Shown here in pieces: positions 1 through 10,000 of a stretch of DNA of 64,000 nt. Every line of letters starts with the position of its first letter. Within the stretch, counting starts at the first letter, position 1. The notes beneath the pieces are model-generated. The model was given only the letters and a program-made list of their open reading frames with translations, searched no databases and was not told the DNA's origin. The stretch covers positions 40,923 to 104,922 of the forward strand of contig BPIQ01000004.1 in assembly GCA_026004195.1 (NCBI GenBank). The letters are read 5' to 3'. A program made the position numbers and the translations under genes. The stretch is from Candidatus Binatia bacterium (lineage in GTDB: Bacteria; Desulfobacterota; Binatia; HRBIN30; BPIQ01).

Positions 1-669
1 CAGATCGCCCGCGTACTGGAGCACGGAAGTGTAGAGCCAGGGGAACCCCGTGATGTAGATCGTGTGGTTCTCGTCCTCCTCCTGGGCTTTGAGCTGCATC
101 ATGCGCCGGTGGAGGTCGCGGAAATCCAGCGCTTCTTCCCAGAAACCCGTGTGAACCACCGCCGCCTTGTCGTCGTCGGAAACGTAAATCCCCCGGATAC
201 CCGGCGTCGCGTAGACAGCGAAGCGGACGCGCTCGGCGTCGGCCTGGGTCTGCGGGACGTAGGGGTAGTAGAGTTCGCGGATCTGGATCGACCCCTGCTG
301 CGCCGTGATGCTCCGGAGCTTCGGGTGCGCGATCGAGAGGATCTGGTAAGGCACCACTCCCTTGGTGTTGACCATGTATTTCGTGATCCGGTCGATCTTC
401 TGGAGCGTCTTCGGGTTGAAGATGTCGCCTTCCTTCACCTCCACGATGACGCTCATGATGTTGGCGCTACCGAACATCCGGCGGAACTCGTTGTAGAATT
501 TGATGTACGGATGACGGCGGGGGTAGAAGTCGTAGAAGTCGGTATGGAGCCGGATGTCCTTGAGCGAGTACGCGAAAAAGGCCGTGAGCGCGGCGACGAC
601 GATGGTGACCCAACCGCGGTACCGCAGGAGAAAGCGAAGGTAGGCCTCGATCCAACGCTGCGGAATCAT
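1..669 (-). CDS. RND/MMPL-superfamily transporter, N-terminal fragment (gene runs off the left edge)
   Basis: Absent from the ORF track because no stop lies in the window. My translation of the minus strand from ATG 669-667 gives MIPQRWIEAYLRFLLRYRGWVTIVVAALTAFFAYSLKDIRLHTDFYDFYPRRHPYIKFYNEFRRMFGSANIMSVIVEVKEGDIFNPKTLQKIDRIT... This is one N-terminal TM helix followed by a large soluble loop, as in RND/MMPL exporters. It lies downstream of the DUF1302 and BNR genes. Confidence 0.7.
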   Translation of the reverse strand, partial: MIPQRWIEAYLRFLLRYRGWVTIVVAALTAFFAYSLKDIRLHTDFYDFYPRRHPYIKFYNEFRRMFGSANIMSVIVEVKEGDIFNPKTLQKIDRITKYMVNTKGVVPYQILSIAHPKLRSITAQQGSIQIRELYYPYVPQTQADAERVRFAVYATPGIRGIYVSDDDKAAVVHTGFWEEALDFRDLHRRMMQLKAQEEDENHTIYITGFPWLYTSVLQYAGDL

Positions 670-689
670 CGTCTTTTCCTACCGTCCCT

Positions 690-1730
690 TCACTTGCGCT
701 GCTTGAGCATCGTGAAGCGGTCCGTGTCGACGGAAAGCACCGTGCCGCGAGCCCCGACGATGTAGCCCTGCCCCGTGGGCAAGAGGTTCACGTCGCGGAG
801 CCAGCTGGAACGCAGAATGGTCGGCACCCGGACCATCTTCCAACTTTTGCCGCCGTCGGTGCTGTTCACGAGAAAACCGCTGTCTCCGACCGCCCACCCG
901 ACTCGCCCCCTCACGTCGACATCGTAGATGGAAAGCGAAAAACCCGGCGGAATGAAAAAGTCGGGGGGCGTTTCGATCCGCACCCTGCGCCAGGTCTGCC
1001 CCCCGTCCTCGGTACGGATCAGCGTGGACTCGATCCCCGTGGCCCAACCGTTCAGCGGGTCGGTGAAATGCACGCCGAAGAGCGTGGTCTCCACCGGACT
1101 CTCCTGACTTTCCCACGTGAGACCCCCGTCACTCGAGTGCAGGATCACGCCGAACTCCCCCACGATCCAGACTTCCTCCGGGTTGGCGAACGCCACCTTG
1201 TAGAGAAGCACGTCGCCCGGCTGCACCACCTCGGCGATGTCCGGCGGGAGTTTCACCTCGGTCGGCATCGGAATGCGCGTCCAGGTTTCTCCGCCGTTGT
1301 CCGTCCGCAGGATGATCCCGTAGTCCCCGACCGCGAGCCCCCGCCGACTGTCGACGAAAACGATATCGAGAAGCTGTCGATCCGTGCCGCTTTCCTGGAA
1401 CGTCCAGGTCCGCCCCTGGTCCCGGGAGTGCGCGATCTGACCCGCCTGCCCCGCGACCCACACACGGTTTCGCTCGGGACAGGTCACGGCCACGAAGGGC
1501 CGTTTCGTCCCCGCCCTCTGGATCTCCCACGTCTTGGCTCCGTCCGTGGTGTGGAAAATCATGCCCAGGTCGCCGACCACCCATCCTTCCTCGGCCGAGA
1601 CGAAGCAAGAGTAAAAGAGGTTCTGCCGAAGTTTCTGTGCCGGCACCGTTTCCGCGTGCGTCCATCGCGGCCCGAAGGAGCTTCCGGCGAGAAGCGCCAG
1701 GACCGCGGACACGCGGCCGATCGTTCTCAC
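690..1730 (-). CDS. BNR/Ycf48-like beta-propeller repeat protein (secreted)
   Basis: Repeated S/T-x-D-x-G-x-T-W motifs (TTDGAKTWE, SRDQGRTWT, TDNGGETWT, SSDGGLTWE, TEDGGQTWR, STDGGKSWK) and a signal peptide (VSAVLALLAGSS). I prefer the GTG at 1730, preceded by ggggggaaaa, over the track start at 1748. Confidence 0.85.
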   Translation of the reverse strand: MRTIGRVSAVLALLAGSSFGPRWTHAETVPAQKLRQNLFYSCFVSAEEGWVVGDLGMIFHTTDGAKTWEIQRAGTKRPFVAVTCPERNRVWVAGQAGQIAHSRDQGRTWTFQESGTDRQLLDIVFVDSRRGLAVGDYGIILRTDNGGETWTRIPMPTEVKLPPDIAEVVQPGDVLLYKVAFANPEEVWIVGEFGVILHSSDGGLTWESQESPVETTLFGVHFTDPLNGWATGIESTLIRTEDGGQTWRRVRIETPPDFFIPPGFSLSIYDVDVRGRVGWAVGDSGFLVNSTDGGKSWKMVRVPTILRSSWLRDVNLLPTGQGYIVGARGTVLSVDTDRFTMLKQRK

Positions 1731-1949
1731 TTTTCCCCCCTGGATCACGGAATCGACGAAGAGCGTTCGTTCGGGCCCACTCGATCGTTTCGACCCCCGC
1801 GAGAGAGCGCCGGGTCACCCGAGTCGAGGCTCGTCATTTAACGGGGTCGGCTGCGCTCGAGCAAGCCCCGCGAGGTCGGACCCCCACGGCGAACTTCCCG
1901 GACAAAACGAGTCTTTTCCGTCCTACCGCTGCGCTCGGCTCCGAAATCC

Positions 1950-3968
1950 TCAAATGACGTACTCCAGCTGGAAGAGGACGTTGTCGCGGTCGCGCAGGAG
2001 GCTCACGCCGCTGTTCCCTTTGAGCTCGCCTGCATCCAGGACGTTGAGCTGCAGGGTGAACCGGAACGGGTCGTGGATGAAGGTCACGGACGGGATGTAG
2101 GCTCTCGCACCGCTCCAGTCGTAGAGCATCGTGAAGCTCGGGTTCACCGTCCCGCTCCGGTACGAGGTCGAGATCAGAAGCGTCTGCAGGAACTGATCCT
2201 GGTTCTGTGTCACGAGAATCGGCTCCACGGCTCCCAGACCCGACAGAGCCGGGTTGGGGTTCTGCACGTTGCGAGCGCGGACGGGAAGCACCGCTCGGTT
2301 CGGATCGACGGGATTCTCGCTCTCCACGGCGTCCTTGATGTGCTTGTAGAAGAACTGCGTCGTGATGAAGAAGCTGTTCCTCGGATTCAGGAAACGGATG
2401 AACTGGTTCGTGTCGATTCCCAGGACGAAGTTGACGGAATCTCGCTTGAGAATTCCGCCGGTCGCAAGTTGCTGGTCCGCAGGCTTGCCGAGGTCGTGGA
2501 AGATGAAGGGGTCGAGCTGCCCCTGCGTGTGGTAGGGCTCGTCCTTGATGTACGCGAGCTCCGTGCGGACGACGGGTTCTCCGCTGAGGCCCAGGAGTCG
2601 CGAAAACCGAGCCGGCACGGTGAACGTGGCCGTGGCACCGCTGATCTGGATCTTGGCGGGCATCTGCACGGTGATGGCTTGCGGGGCCAGGATGGCCCAA
2701 TCCTGGCCCGGCTCGGGTACCAGGTCCGGGTCGTTCGGGTTGGCGGGCGTGGGGAGGTCGAGGAGGAACTTGAAGTCGTTCACGTTGATGGCACAACCCG
2801 GGATCTGTCCGCCGAGGCTTCGGATCACGGGGTCCCGCGGCGTGACGCGCTGGAACGGAAACCCGCCGAAGCCCGTGCCGGGGTGGACACAGACCTGGAC
2901 GTTCGGAAGGTCGTGGAACGTGTAGTAGTGGGCGAGGCTCCAGGTTACGTCGAAGTCGTCGGCGAAGGGGGTCGTGAACTGAAAGCGCGCCCCGCCCCGG
3001 ATGTCGCGGAAGTTCCGGGACGGCTGGATGATCACGTCCCGCTGGTTCCCGGACGGAGTTCCGTTGTTGGGTAACTCCCACGGCGAGCCGTCGGTGAGAC
3101 CGGGAGAGTACGAAACCTCGTCGTCGATGGCCGCGAACGCTTCGACGGAAGCGTCGTACACGCGATCGCCGAGACTCCCCAGGTAGTAGCTCGCGCGGAT
3201 CATGTCGATGGGCACCCGGCGCTCGTCGAGCGCGATGAGAAAGCCCCCGAAGCTCGAGTCGATCGGGTTGATGTTGTCGAGAAGCCGGAATACGTCGGTC
3301 TCGCCCCAGACCAGGATCTGCCTTCCGATCCGGAGAAAGAGGTCGCCGACGGTCACGTCCACGTAGGCCTGGTACAGTCGGTGTCGGTTGACGAGTCTCT
3401 CCCGGATCGTGCGCCGCACCCCGTTGATGTCGGGGCAGGTCGAGAGAACACACGTCCCCGGTGGAGCGATCCTTCCCTGGGCGTCCCGAAGGAGGTCTCG
3501 GTACGAGTCGTTGTTGCGAGTCCGGAATTCCTTGGGACCCCAGTCGTAGATGCCGTCCGCCTCGCCCCGGTACGTCAGGTGGTATTTGAGCTTGCGGACC
3601 CGGAACGGCATGTGGTTGAGGATCGCGAGGGGGCCGAAGCCCTTTTTCATGAGGTCCGTCACGTCGTGGTCGAACTCGGCCTCGAGGAAGAACCGGTTCT
3701 GGCGCAGGTGCCCCGCGGCGGAGAAGGGAAAGGTCTGCGACTCGAGGACCGAGACCTCGTCTCCCGGGAACGGTGTCCCCGGGTCGATGACCTTCGTCCG
3801 GTCCGTATCCTCGGTACCGATGCGTGCGTTGACGTACGCCCGGACGCCGAATTTCATCGTCTGGCCTTCGTCGAGGTAGTAACCCGAGGCCGCCCCCCCG
3901 AAGAACAAGAGCGAACCGAGCACGATGAAAAGACCGATCCCCCGAGTCCGCTGCCCGAACCGCATCAT
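1950..3968 (-). CDS. DUF1302-family outer-membrane protein
   Basis: Family hallmark LRIGRQILVWGETDVFRLLDNINP, signal peptide and alternating beta-strand pattern. ATG 3968 follows aggaggaggg; the track start 3986 is an upstream GTG. Confidence 0.85.
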   Translation of the reverse strand: MMRFGQRTRGIGLFIVLGSLLFFGGAASGYYLDEGQTMKFGVRAYVNARIGTEDTDRTKVIDPGTPFPGDEVSVLESQTFPFSAAGHLRQNRFFLEAEFDHDVTDLMKKGFGPLAILNHMPFRVRKLKYHLTYRGEADGIYDWGPKEFRTRNNDSYRDLLRDAQGRIAPPGTCVLSTCPDINGVRRTIRERLVNRHRLYQAYVDVTVGDLFLRIGRQILVWGETDVFRLLDNINPIDSSFGGFLIALDERRVPIDMIRASYYLGSLGDRVYDASVEAFAAIDDEVSYSPGLTDGSPWELPNNGTPSGNQRDVIIQPSRNFRDIRGGARFQFTTPFADDFDVTWSLAHYYTFHDLPNVQVCVHPGTGFGGFPFQRVTPRDPVIRSLGGQIPGCAINVNDFKFLLDLPTPANPNDPDLVPEPGQDWAILAPQAITVQMPAKIQISGATATFTVPARFSRLLGLSGEPVVRTELAYIKDEPYHTQGQLDPFIFHDLGKPADQQLATGGILKRDSVNFVLGIDTNQFIRFLNPRNSFFITTQFFYKHIKDAVESENPVDPNRAVLPVRARNVQNPNPALSGLGAVEPILVTQNQDQFLQTLLISTSYRSGTVNPSFTMLYDWSGARAYIPSVTFIHDPFRFTLQLNVLDAGELKGNSGVSLLRDRDNVLFQLEYVI

Positions 3969-4035
3969 AGCCCTCCTCCTTCGCACGGCGATTAGGTCCC
4001 CCGCTCGGCAGCCCCTTATTCGACCCGCACCAGGA

Positions 4036-5397
4036 TTGTCAAGCCGATTCGGCCACTCGTGCCGGACGGTTCGAGCCCTTTCCCTCGCGCTCGGTCTGGC
4101 GTCGACCCTGGTCCGTGTTCCGGGCGTCGACTCGGGGCAGGAAGCGAAGAGGCCGGATCCGCGAGCCTGGGAAGTCTCTTCGGTCGAGGGTCGGCTTCTC
4201 CGCGGACTCCACGGGGTCGGTCTCGACCGAATCTCGGTTTTGCGGTGCGAGAAGGCGCGCTGCCATCCCGTGCCGTTTCAGATCGACGAGCGCACACCGG
4301 ACGGCGACTGGGTCACGGAGGAAGGGGCGGAGGTTCTGTGGGACAGCCCGCCCCGCGTTTTCGACGACAACGACGTTCTCCTCCTGCCCGCCTGGCTCGG
4401 CGCCGAACGGCTGCCGCGGAAGAGGACGCTACCGTCGCCCACGGTTCTCGAGCTGGCACTCCACGATCCCCTCGGGTTTCCGACGCGGTGGTTCTACGTC
4501 GTGGTCGATTCGGGCTCCCGGGAAAAGGGCGCGCGCGACACCGGGGCTTTCGTGTCCTACGACCCGATCGAGGACCGTTTGACCGGTCGTGGGGTATCCC
4601 TGGGATTCGACGGGCCCGTCCCCCAATTTCTGTCCTTCGACGACGGGCCCAACGTTCTCGACCGCCTCAAGATCCGGGCGTCCGCGCGCTTCTTCTTCGG
4701 CCTCGTTCCCGTGAGCCGCACCGAAGACCACCTGGTCCCGAGCCCCCCGAGCTGGAAGGCCGGCCCCCTGCGCGTCGTCCGGACCCAGCGCTACGCTATC
4801 CGCGTCGGGTTCCGGATTCGTTCGCCCCGTTTCGTCTCCCACGTCTTTTTCTACCCGACCTACGTGGAGCTTCCCGTCGGGGCCCGCTTTCGTGTTCCTC
4901 CGAGCTTCGTCTTCGGCGACATTGCCGTGCGGACCTCGCTCGACTTCCGAAACCTGCGGGGATGGTGGGTCTCGACGCCCACGGGCAGGCTCCCCGTCGA
5001 CTGCGATTCGGAGTCCTCCCGGACACATCTCGAGCCCGCCGTGGAATGGTTCGCCGTGGAGGGCCCCGATCGGACGCTCCTGGTGCGAGCGGAGCGGAGC
5101 GAGAGTCTCGCCCGCGTGCGGCAGTCCTTTTTTCTTCGGGCGACCCTCGAGCGGGAAGACCCGGAAAATGTCCCCGGCCAGTGCCCCGAAGTCGGCTTCC
5201 TTTTCTCGCACTGGGACGACGTGGACCGCGGCCGTCACGAAATCCGGGCCGCGAGCTACCTTCTTCCCCGGGGCGCGGACCTCGGGCTCTTTCGGGCTAC
5301 CGTCGAGAACCCGCTCGTTGCCGAGGTTCGCGAGATGCGCGCTTCTCAGGAAGCGGCGGCCGCGGCCTCCCCCGTGTCCCAGACGATGTCCCGGTAG
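4036..5397 (+). CDS. Hypothetical secreted protein, no family recognised
   Basis: Long ORF with GC3-biased codons. The track start (3925) overlaps the divergent DUF1302 start. The TTG at 4036 would give a signal-like N-terminus (SSRFGHSCRTVRALSLALGLASTLV). Start is uncertain. Confidence 0.5.
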   Translation: MSSRFGHSCRTVRALSLALGLASTLVRVPGVDSGQEAKRPDPRAWEVSSVEGRLLRGLHGVGLDRISVLRCEKARCHPVPFQIDERTPDGDWVTEEGAEVLWDSPPRVFDDNDVLLLPAWLGAERLPRKRTLPSPTVLELALHDPLGFPTRWFYVVVDSGSREKGARDTGAFVSYDPIEDRLTGRGVSLGFDGPVPQFLSFDDGPNVLDRLKIRASARFFFGLVPVSRTEDHLVPSPPSWKAGPLRVVRTQRYAIRVGFRIRSPRFVSHVFFYPTYVELPVGARFRVPPSFVFGDIAVRTSLDFRNLRGWWVSTPTGRLPVDCDSESSRTHLEPAVEWFAVEGPDRTLLVRAERSESLARVRQSFFLRATLEREDPENVPGQCPEVGFLFSHWDDVDRGRHEIRAASYLLPRGADLGLFRATVENPLVAEVREMRASQEAAAAASPVSQTMSR

Positions 5398-6263
5398 TCG
5401 AACTTCTGCCCGGCTACGGGGGAGAACTTGACGATCTCGAAGTAGGGGGAAAGGTCGAAGTCGCGCGGCGTGATGAGCGCGGGGTCCTGCGGCCGGAAAC
5501 GTACCAGGGGCCTGCGCCGCCTGCGGAAAAGCGTCCTCTCCCACCACGAGGGCCGGGTCCCGGCCGGGTCCAGAACCACACGGGGCAGGATAGGGTAGCC
5601 GACCTGGAAAAAGGCGCGGGCGATCATGCTCGAGCAGATCACTTCTCGGTCCTCACCCTCGCCGAAATGCAGGGCCGCTCGGCGCCAGCGCCGGGGCACC
5701 AGGCTCACGGGGAAGAAGTACCGGGCAAGGGCGAGGATGTGCCGCACGTTGTAACCGCAGCCGATCCTCGAGATGGTCCAGTCGAGAATCTTGGCGAGGT
5801 CCTCTTTCCTCAGACCTTTCGGCCGGCAAACGCGCAGGTTGAAGTGCTCGTACTTGCCGAGGGGACTGGCCACGACCCCCTCCCCGTCGACGGCCTCGAC
5901 GATCAGGTAAGCCGCATCTTCCCCGTAGGCTTCTTTCAGTTTTCGGGCTCTCTCCCCTCCCCGACGGAGAAGCTCGTCACCGATGTAAAGGGCGGAGTGA
6001 GACCAGGAGCTTTGCGTGAGATACCGAATCACCTGGCTGACACGCTGGTCCCCTTCGATGAGAAGGACGTCTCCTTTTCTCAGGTGCGCCCTCAGTTCCG
6101 CCATGTTGTTCGGGACGCGCAACTCGTAGGACTTGAGCGGCTTCGTGAGAAGCCGCGTGCAAAAACGGAGAAGCCACCGCCGGGGAGCTCGGAGCCAAAA
6201 ACGAACTTTTGCCCTTGTCGCTGCCCAAGTTTTCCTGGTTTTTTCGATACTTCGCTCGAGCAT
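5346..6263 (-). CDS. YiiX/YaeF-like permuted papain-fold (NlpC/P60-type) enzyme
   Basis: Matches the permuted His-then-Cys order of the C92/YiiX family: LRKGDVLLIEGDQRVSQVIRYLTQSSWSHSALYIG ... IVEAVDGEGVV ... RVCRP ... VICSSMIARAF. Start taken at ATG 6263 (MLERSIEK); the upstream part of the track ORF is Arg/Pro junk. Confidence 0.65.
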   Translation of the reverse strand: MLERSIEKTRKTWAATRAKVRFWLRAPRRWLLRFCTRLLTKPLKSYELRVPNNMAELRAHLRKGDVLLIEGDQRVSQVIRYLTQSSWSHSALYIGDELLRRGGERARKLKEAYGEDAAYLIVEAVDGEGVVASPLGKYEHFNLRVCRPKGLRKEDLAKILDWTISRIGCGYNVRHILALARYFFPVSLVPRRWRRAALHFGEGEDREVICSSMIARAFFQVGYPILPRVVLDPAGTRPSWWERTLFRRRRRPLVRFRPQDPALITPRDFDLSPYFEIVKFSPVAGQKFDYRDIVWDTGEAAAAAS

Positions 6264-6618
6264 GGGCTCTCGACTTCCCGAAAATAACCCTGTCTTCGTC
6301 CTTTCTCCACCGAAAATCGTAGCAAAAGATTCGCCAGCCGCCACGGCAACTCGGGGTGTGAACCTCGATTCAGTCAATGGGCGTCCGGCGAGCGCTGGGC
6401 GAGGGGGTATCGAACCACCCGTCGGGCAAAAACGCGCTGTCCGAAAACTCGCCGATCGGGCCGCAGGACGCCTTCCCCCCCGGAAGGGAGGGCAGCCCCA
6501 AGGGCACGCTTCGGGACTTCCCACGTCCTCGAGTCATGGTGTAGGAGGCAACCCCGGGACAGGCCCGAAAAAGCCCCCCGGCACGAGCGAGATTTCCCGG
6601 GCAGGAAAAACACCGAAC

Positions 6619-7512
6619 ATGGCGGAGATACGCAGAGACAAGCGAGTTCCCCGCGGCTCATCCCGGCAGGATCCGACACACCCTCTCCTCAGCCGAAGGC
6701 GTTTTCTGGCGCGGACCCTGGCTGCGGGGTTCGCGCTTGCCGTGCGCCCGATTGCCGCGAGCACGATCCGAACGGGTACTGCCGGCCTCCGCGAAGGCGA
6801 GGTGTCGTTCTCGTCGGGGGGTACCCGGATTCCGGCCTACCGCGCGCTTCCCGAGGGGGCCGGGCCTTTCCCCGTCGTGCTCCTGGTCCACGAGATCTTC
6901 GGCCTCCACGAGTACGTTCGGGACGTCGCGAGAAGGCTTGCGCGGGAAGGCTACTACGCGCTCGCGCCCGACCTCTTCGCGCGACAGGGTGACCCGCGCC
7001 GCCTCGCGAGCATCCCGGAAATCGTCGAGAAAATCGTCCGCCGGGTCCCCGACGCGCAGGTGCTCTCCGATCTCGACGCTGCAGTAGCCTGGCTCGACGG
7101 CCTACCCGAAGCCCGGACGGCGAGCCTCGGCATCACGGGGTTTTGCTGGGGCGGCAGGATCGTCTGGCTTTACGCGGCACACAGCGAGCGGCTCGACGCA
7201 GGGGTCGCGTGGTACGGAAGGCTCGTCGGCGAGCCGTCGGATACCACGCCGAAGCACCCCGTCGACGTCGTCGGAGCCCTCCGAGCTCCCGTGCTGGGTC
7301 TCTACGGAGGAAAGGATCCGGGAATTCCGCTCGAAACGGTGGATCGAATGCGGGAAGAGTTGCGGAAGTTCGCCAAACCCTCGGAAATCGTCGTCTACCC
7401 CGAAGCGCCCCACGGATTCCACGCCGATTACCGCCCGAGCTACCGGAAGGAAGCCGCGGAAGACGGATGGCGGAAGATGCTCGATTGGTTCCGCAAGCAC
7501 GGAGTGGGCTAG
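6619..7512 (+). CDS. Dienelactone hydrolase family protein with Tat signal
   Basis: SRRRFLARTLAAGFALA twin-arginine signal; DLH pattern PVVLLVHEIFGL ... GITGFCWGG ... PHGFHADYR. ATG at 6619. Confidence 0.85.
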   Translation: MAEIRRDKRVPRGSSRQDPTHPLLSRRRFLARTLAAGFALAVRPIAASTIRTGTAGLREGEVSFSSGGTRIPAYRALPEGAGPFPVVLLVHEIFGLHEYVRDVARRLAREGYYALAPDLFARQGDPRRLASIPEIVEKIVRRVPDAQVLSDLDAAVAWLDGLPEARTASLGITGFCWGGRIVWLYAAHSERLDAGVAWYGRLVGEPSDTTPKHPVDVVGALRAPVLGLYGGKDPGIPLETVDRMREELRKFAKPSEIVVYPEAPHGFHADYRPSYRKEAAEDGWRKMLDWFRKHGVG

Positions 7513-7937
7513 CTGCCCCTCTCGGCCAGAAGGCCCTTTCCGGGCACGTGGTTCACTTCGAGTCGGATTCCGTCCGGGTCCTCGAAAAGAACGGAATAGT
7601 AGCCCGGAGCCCAGGGTCCCTCTTCCGGCGGATGGACGATCTTGGCCCCTCGTCGGTAGAGAAAATCGTAGACGGCGTCGACGTCCTTCCGCTCGCGAGC
7701 GCGAAAGCAGACGTGGTGGAGGCCAACTCGAAACTGCACGAAGCGCTCGTTCCGGTACCGGTCTTCGGCCCGCACGATTCCTACGGCCGTCCTCCCCCCT
7801 ACGCAATAGAGAAAACCGTCGCCGCGCAAAACGGGCCGGAGCCCGAGAAAGGCGAGAAGATCCTCGTAGAAGGGGGCGCAGGCTTCGAAGTTGCTCACGG
7901 TCAGCATCACGTGTGCGATCCCGTTGATTTCGATCAT
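7509..7937 (-). CDS. VOC (glyoxalase/bleomycin-resistance/dioxygenase) family protein
   Basis: 142 aa with IAHVMLTVSNFEACAPFYEDLL ... HHVCFRA ... YSVLFEDPDGIRLEV, a typical VOC fold pattern. Confidence 0.8.
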   Translation of the reverse strand: MIEINGIAHVMLTVSNFEACAPFYEDLLAFLGLRPVLRGDGFLYCVGGRTAVGIVRAEDRYRNERFVQFRVGLHHVCFRARERKDVDAVYDFLYRRGAKIVHPPEEGPWAPGYYSVLFEDPDGIRLEVNHVPGKGLLAERGS

Positions 7938-8016
7938 CGTGGCGAACCGAGGTCCCGTCGGGGGCTCGCCCCTCGGACCGAAGGCCCGTCCTTTTCACCC
8001 GGGAGCGACGAAAGGG

Positions 8017-8286
8017 CTACCGGTGCTTCCGGGATGCCTTCGTCTTCGCGCGTCGCTGCACGCTCCCCCGTCGCTGCACGCGAGCGTCGTAACGCACGAG
8101 CCCTTCGTTGAGAAGGGCCGTGACCACCTCGGACTTTCCCGCACCCAGGATGTCACAAACCCGGTCGACCCGATCGATGAGCTCGACGGGTAGGCGCACG
8201 CTCAGGAGCTGCTCGGGGCCTTTCGGACCCCTCACCAGATCGGCAAGACGAGGGCCTGCATAGCCTTTGGCTTCTTTGGCTGCCAT
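8017..8286 (-). CDS. Small ribbon-helix-helix (CopG-like) protein
   Basis: 89 aa from ATG 8286: MAAKEAKGY...[37 protein letters not shown], an RHH strand-helix-helix pattern with a basic tail. The rest of the 443-aa track ORF is antisense to comM. Confidence 0.55.
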   Translation of the reverse strand: MAAKEAKGYAGPRLADLVRGPKGPEQLLSVRLPVELIDRVDRVCDILGAGKSEVVTALLNEGLVRYDARVQRRGSVQRRAKTKASRKHR

Positions 8287-8454
8287 GGCTCCCCGCTTTA
8301 CGCCCCCGAAAGACTCGTTGCAAGGCCGGAGTCCGGGAGACCCGGCTCGCCGAGCGGGGAGGTTTCCGCCGGTTCCGGCCTTCCGGGCGAACGATCTTTT
8401 TTGACACGCGCCGACGAGACCGTTAGCCTGAGCCGTGCGAGCAGGGAGGCTCCG

Positions 8455-9978
8455 ATGCAAGCGCGAGTCTGGTCGAGTGCGCTCTTCGGCCTGGAGGCCG
8501 ACGTCGTCGAGGTCGAGGTCGACGTTTCGCCGGGTTTGCCTTCCATGACCGTGGTGGGCCTTCCCGCCACCGCGGTGCGCGAAAGTATGGAGCGAGTCCG
8601 CGCGGCGCTGAGAGCTTCGGGCTTCGAGTTCCCGACGCGACGCATCACGGTGAACCTGGCCCCCGCGGACCTGCGGAAGGAGGGGTCGGCGTACGACCTT
8701 CCCATCGCTCTCGGGATCCTCGCGGCCTCGGGACAGGTTCCGTTCGGGAGCCTCGCCGACTGCGTGTTCCTCGGGGAGCTTTCCCTCGACGGTCGGGTAA
8801 AGCGTGTCCGAGGTGCCCTGCCCGTCGCGGCTTCCATGGCCCGCAAGGGGTTTCGCCGCATCTTCCTCCCCGCGGCGAACTCGGCGGAAGCTTCGGTGGC
8901 ACCGCAAATCGAGGTCTTGCCCGTCCGGACGCTCGAAGAAGCGGTCGCTTGTCTCCGGGGCGAGGCTCCGATCGAGCCGGTTCGCACGGAAGCCACACGA
9001 CTCTTGGCGAGCGCCCCTCCGCCGGAGCTCGACTTCCGGGACGTCAGGGGACAGGAACACGCGAAACGAGCCCTCGAAATCGCGGCAGCCGGCGGGCACA
9101 ACGTGCTGCTCATCGGCCCGCCGGGCTCCGGAAAGACGATGCTGGCCCGTCGCCTTCCGTCGATCCTGCCTCCGCCCACCCTGGCCGAAGCGCTCGAGAC
9201 GACGCAGCTCTACAGCGCCGCGGGACTCATGGACGGCCGGGCTCTTTCCGTTCACCGTCCTTTCCGTGCTCCGCACCACACCGCGAGCCACGCGGGACTC
9301 GTGGGAGGAGGGACCGTTCCGAGACCCGGGGAAATCTCGCTCGCCCACAACGGTGTCCTGTTCCTCGACGAGCTACCCGAGTTCCGGCGGAGCGTCCTCG
9401 AACTCCTCCGGCAGCCCCTCGAAGAACGAAGAATCACGATTTCCCGTGCCCGGCACTCCGTCACCTTTCCCGCGAACGTCATGCTCGTCGCCGCCATGAA
9501 TCCCTGCCCCTGCGGCCACTACGGTGACCCTCACCACGAGTGCCGGTGTCTTCTCCCCGACGTGCAGCGTTACCGGAACCGCATCTCGGGGCCGCTCCTC
9601 GACAGGATCGACATCCACCTCGAAGTCCCGCCGCTTCGCTTCCGGGACCTGGCCGAAAGCGCGGACGGTGAAAGCTCGGAGGCCATCCGGCGCCGCGTGG
9701 AGCGAGCCCGAGCCACTCAGCTCGTACGGTTCCGGAGCACGGGAATTTTCTCGAACGCTCAAATGGCCGACGACGCCATCGGTCGCCACTGCCGCCTCGA
9801 CGCTCCGAGCCGCAATCTCCTCGAAAAGGCGGTCGAGGCTCTCGGGCTCAGTGCGCGCGCGTACTCCCGCATCCTCAAAGTGGCCCGGACGATCGCCGAC
9901 CTCGAAGGCTCGGAGCACCTGCGTCCGGCCCACGTCGCCGAGGCCATCCAGTACCGCAGCCTGGACCGAAGGCTCTAG
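8455..9978 (+). CDS. comM: YifB/ComM Mg-chelatase-like AAA+ ATPase
   Basis: Lon-protease-like N-domain ([16 protein letters not shown]) followed by Walker [27 protein letters not shown] 8455 follows gggagg. Confidence 0.9.
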   Translation: MQARVWSSALFGLEADVVEVEVDVSPGLPSMTVVGLPATAVRESMERVRAALRASGFEFPTRRITVNLAPADLRKEGSAYDLPIALGILAASGQVPFGSLADCVFLGELSLDGRVKRVRGALPVAASMARKGFRRIFLPAANSAEASVAPQIEVLPVRTLEEAVACLRGEAPIEPVRTEATRLLASAPPPELDFRDVRGQEHAKRALEIAAAGGHNVLLIGPPGSGKTMLARRLPSILPPPTLAEALETTQLYSAAGLMDGRALSVHRPFRAPHHTASHAGLVGGGTVPRPGEISLAHNGVLFLDELPEFRRSVLELLRQPLEERRITISRARHSVTFPANVMLVAAMNPCPCGHYGDPHHECRCLLPDVQRYRNRISGPLLDRIDIHLEVPPLRFRDLAESADGESSEAIRRRVERARATQLVRFRSTGIFSNAQMADDAIGRHCRLDAPSRNLLEKAVEALGLSARAYSRILKVARTIADLEGSEHLRPAHVAEAIQYRSLDRRL

Positions 9979-10000
9979 GGGCCCGGTTCGTCGGCCCCCG

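Noticed and set aside
6133-6618. N-terminal extension of the dienelactone hydrolase ORF (track start 6133), and likewise 3925-4035 for the hypothetical protein and 18548-19684 for AOR
   Set aside because: The extensions overlap neighbouring genes or are low-complexity Arg/Pro/Gly sequence. Internal starts with a Shine-Dalgarno or signal peptide fit the recognised domain boundaries.
8298-9348. ORFs 8017..9348 and 8298..9179 on the minus strand (443 and 293 aa)
   Set aside because: These are antisense to comM with Arg/Ser/Pro-rich composition. Only the last 89 aa of the first (8017-8286, outside comM) look like a real RHH gene.
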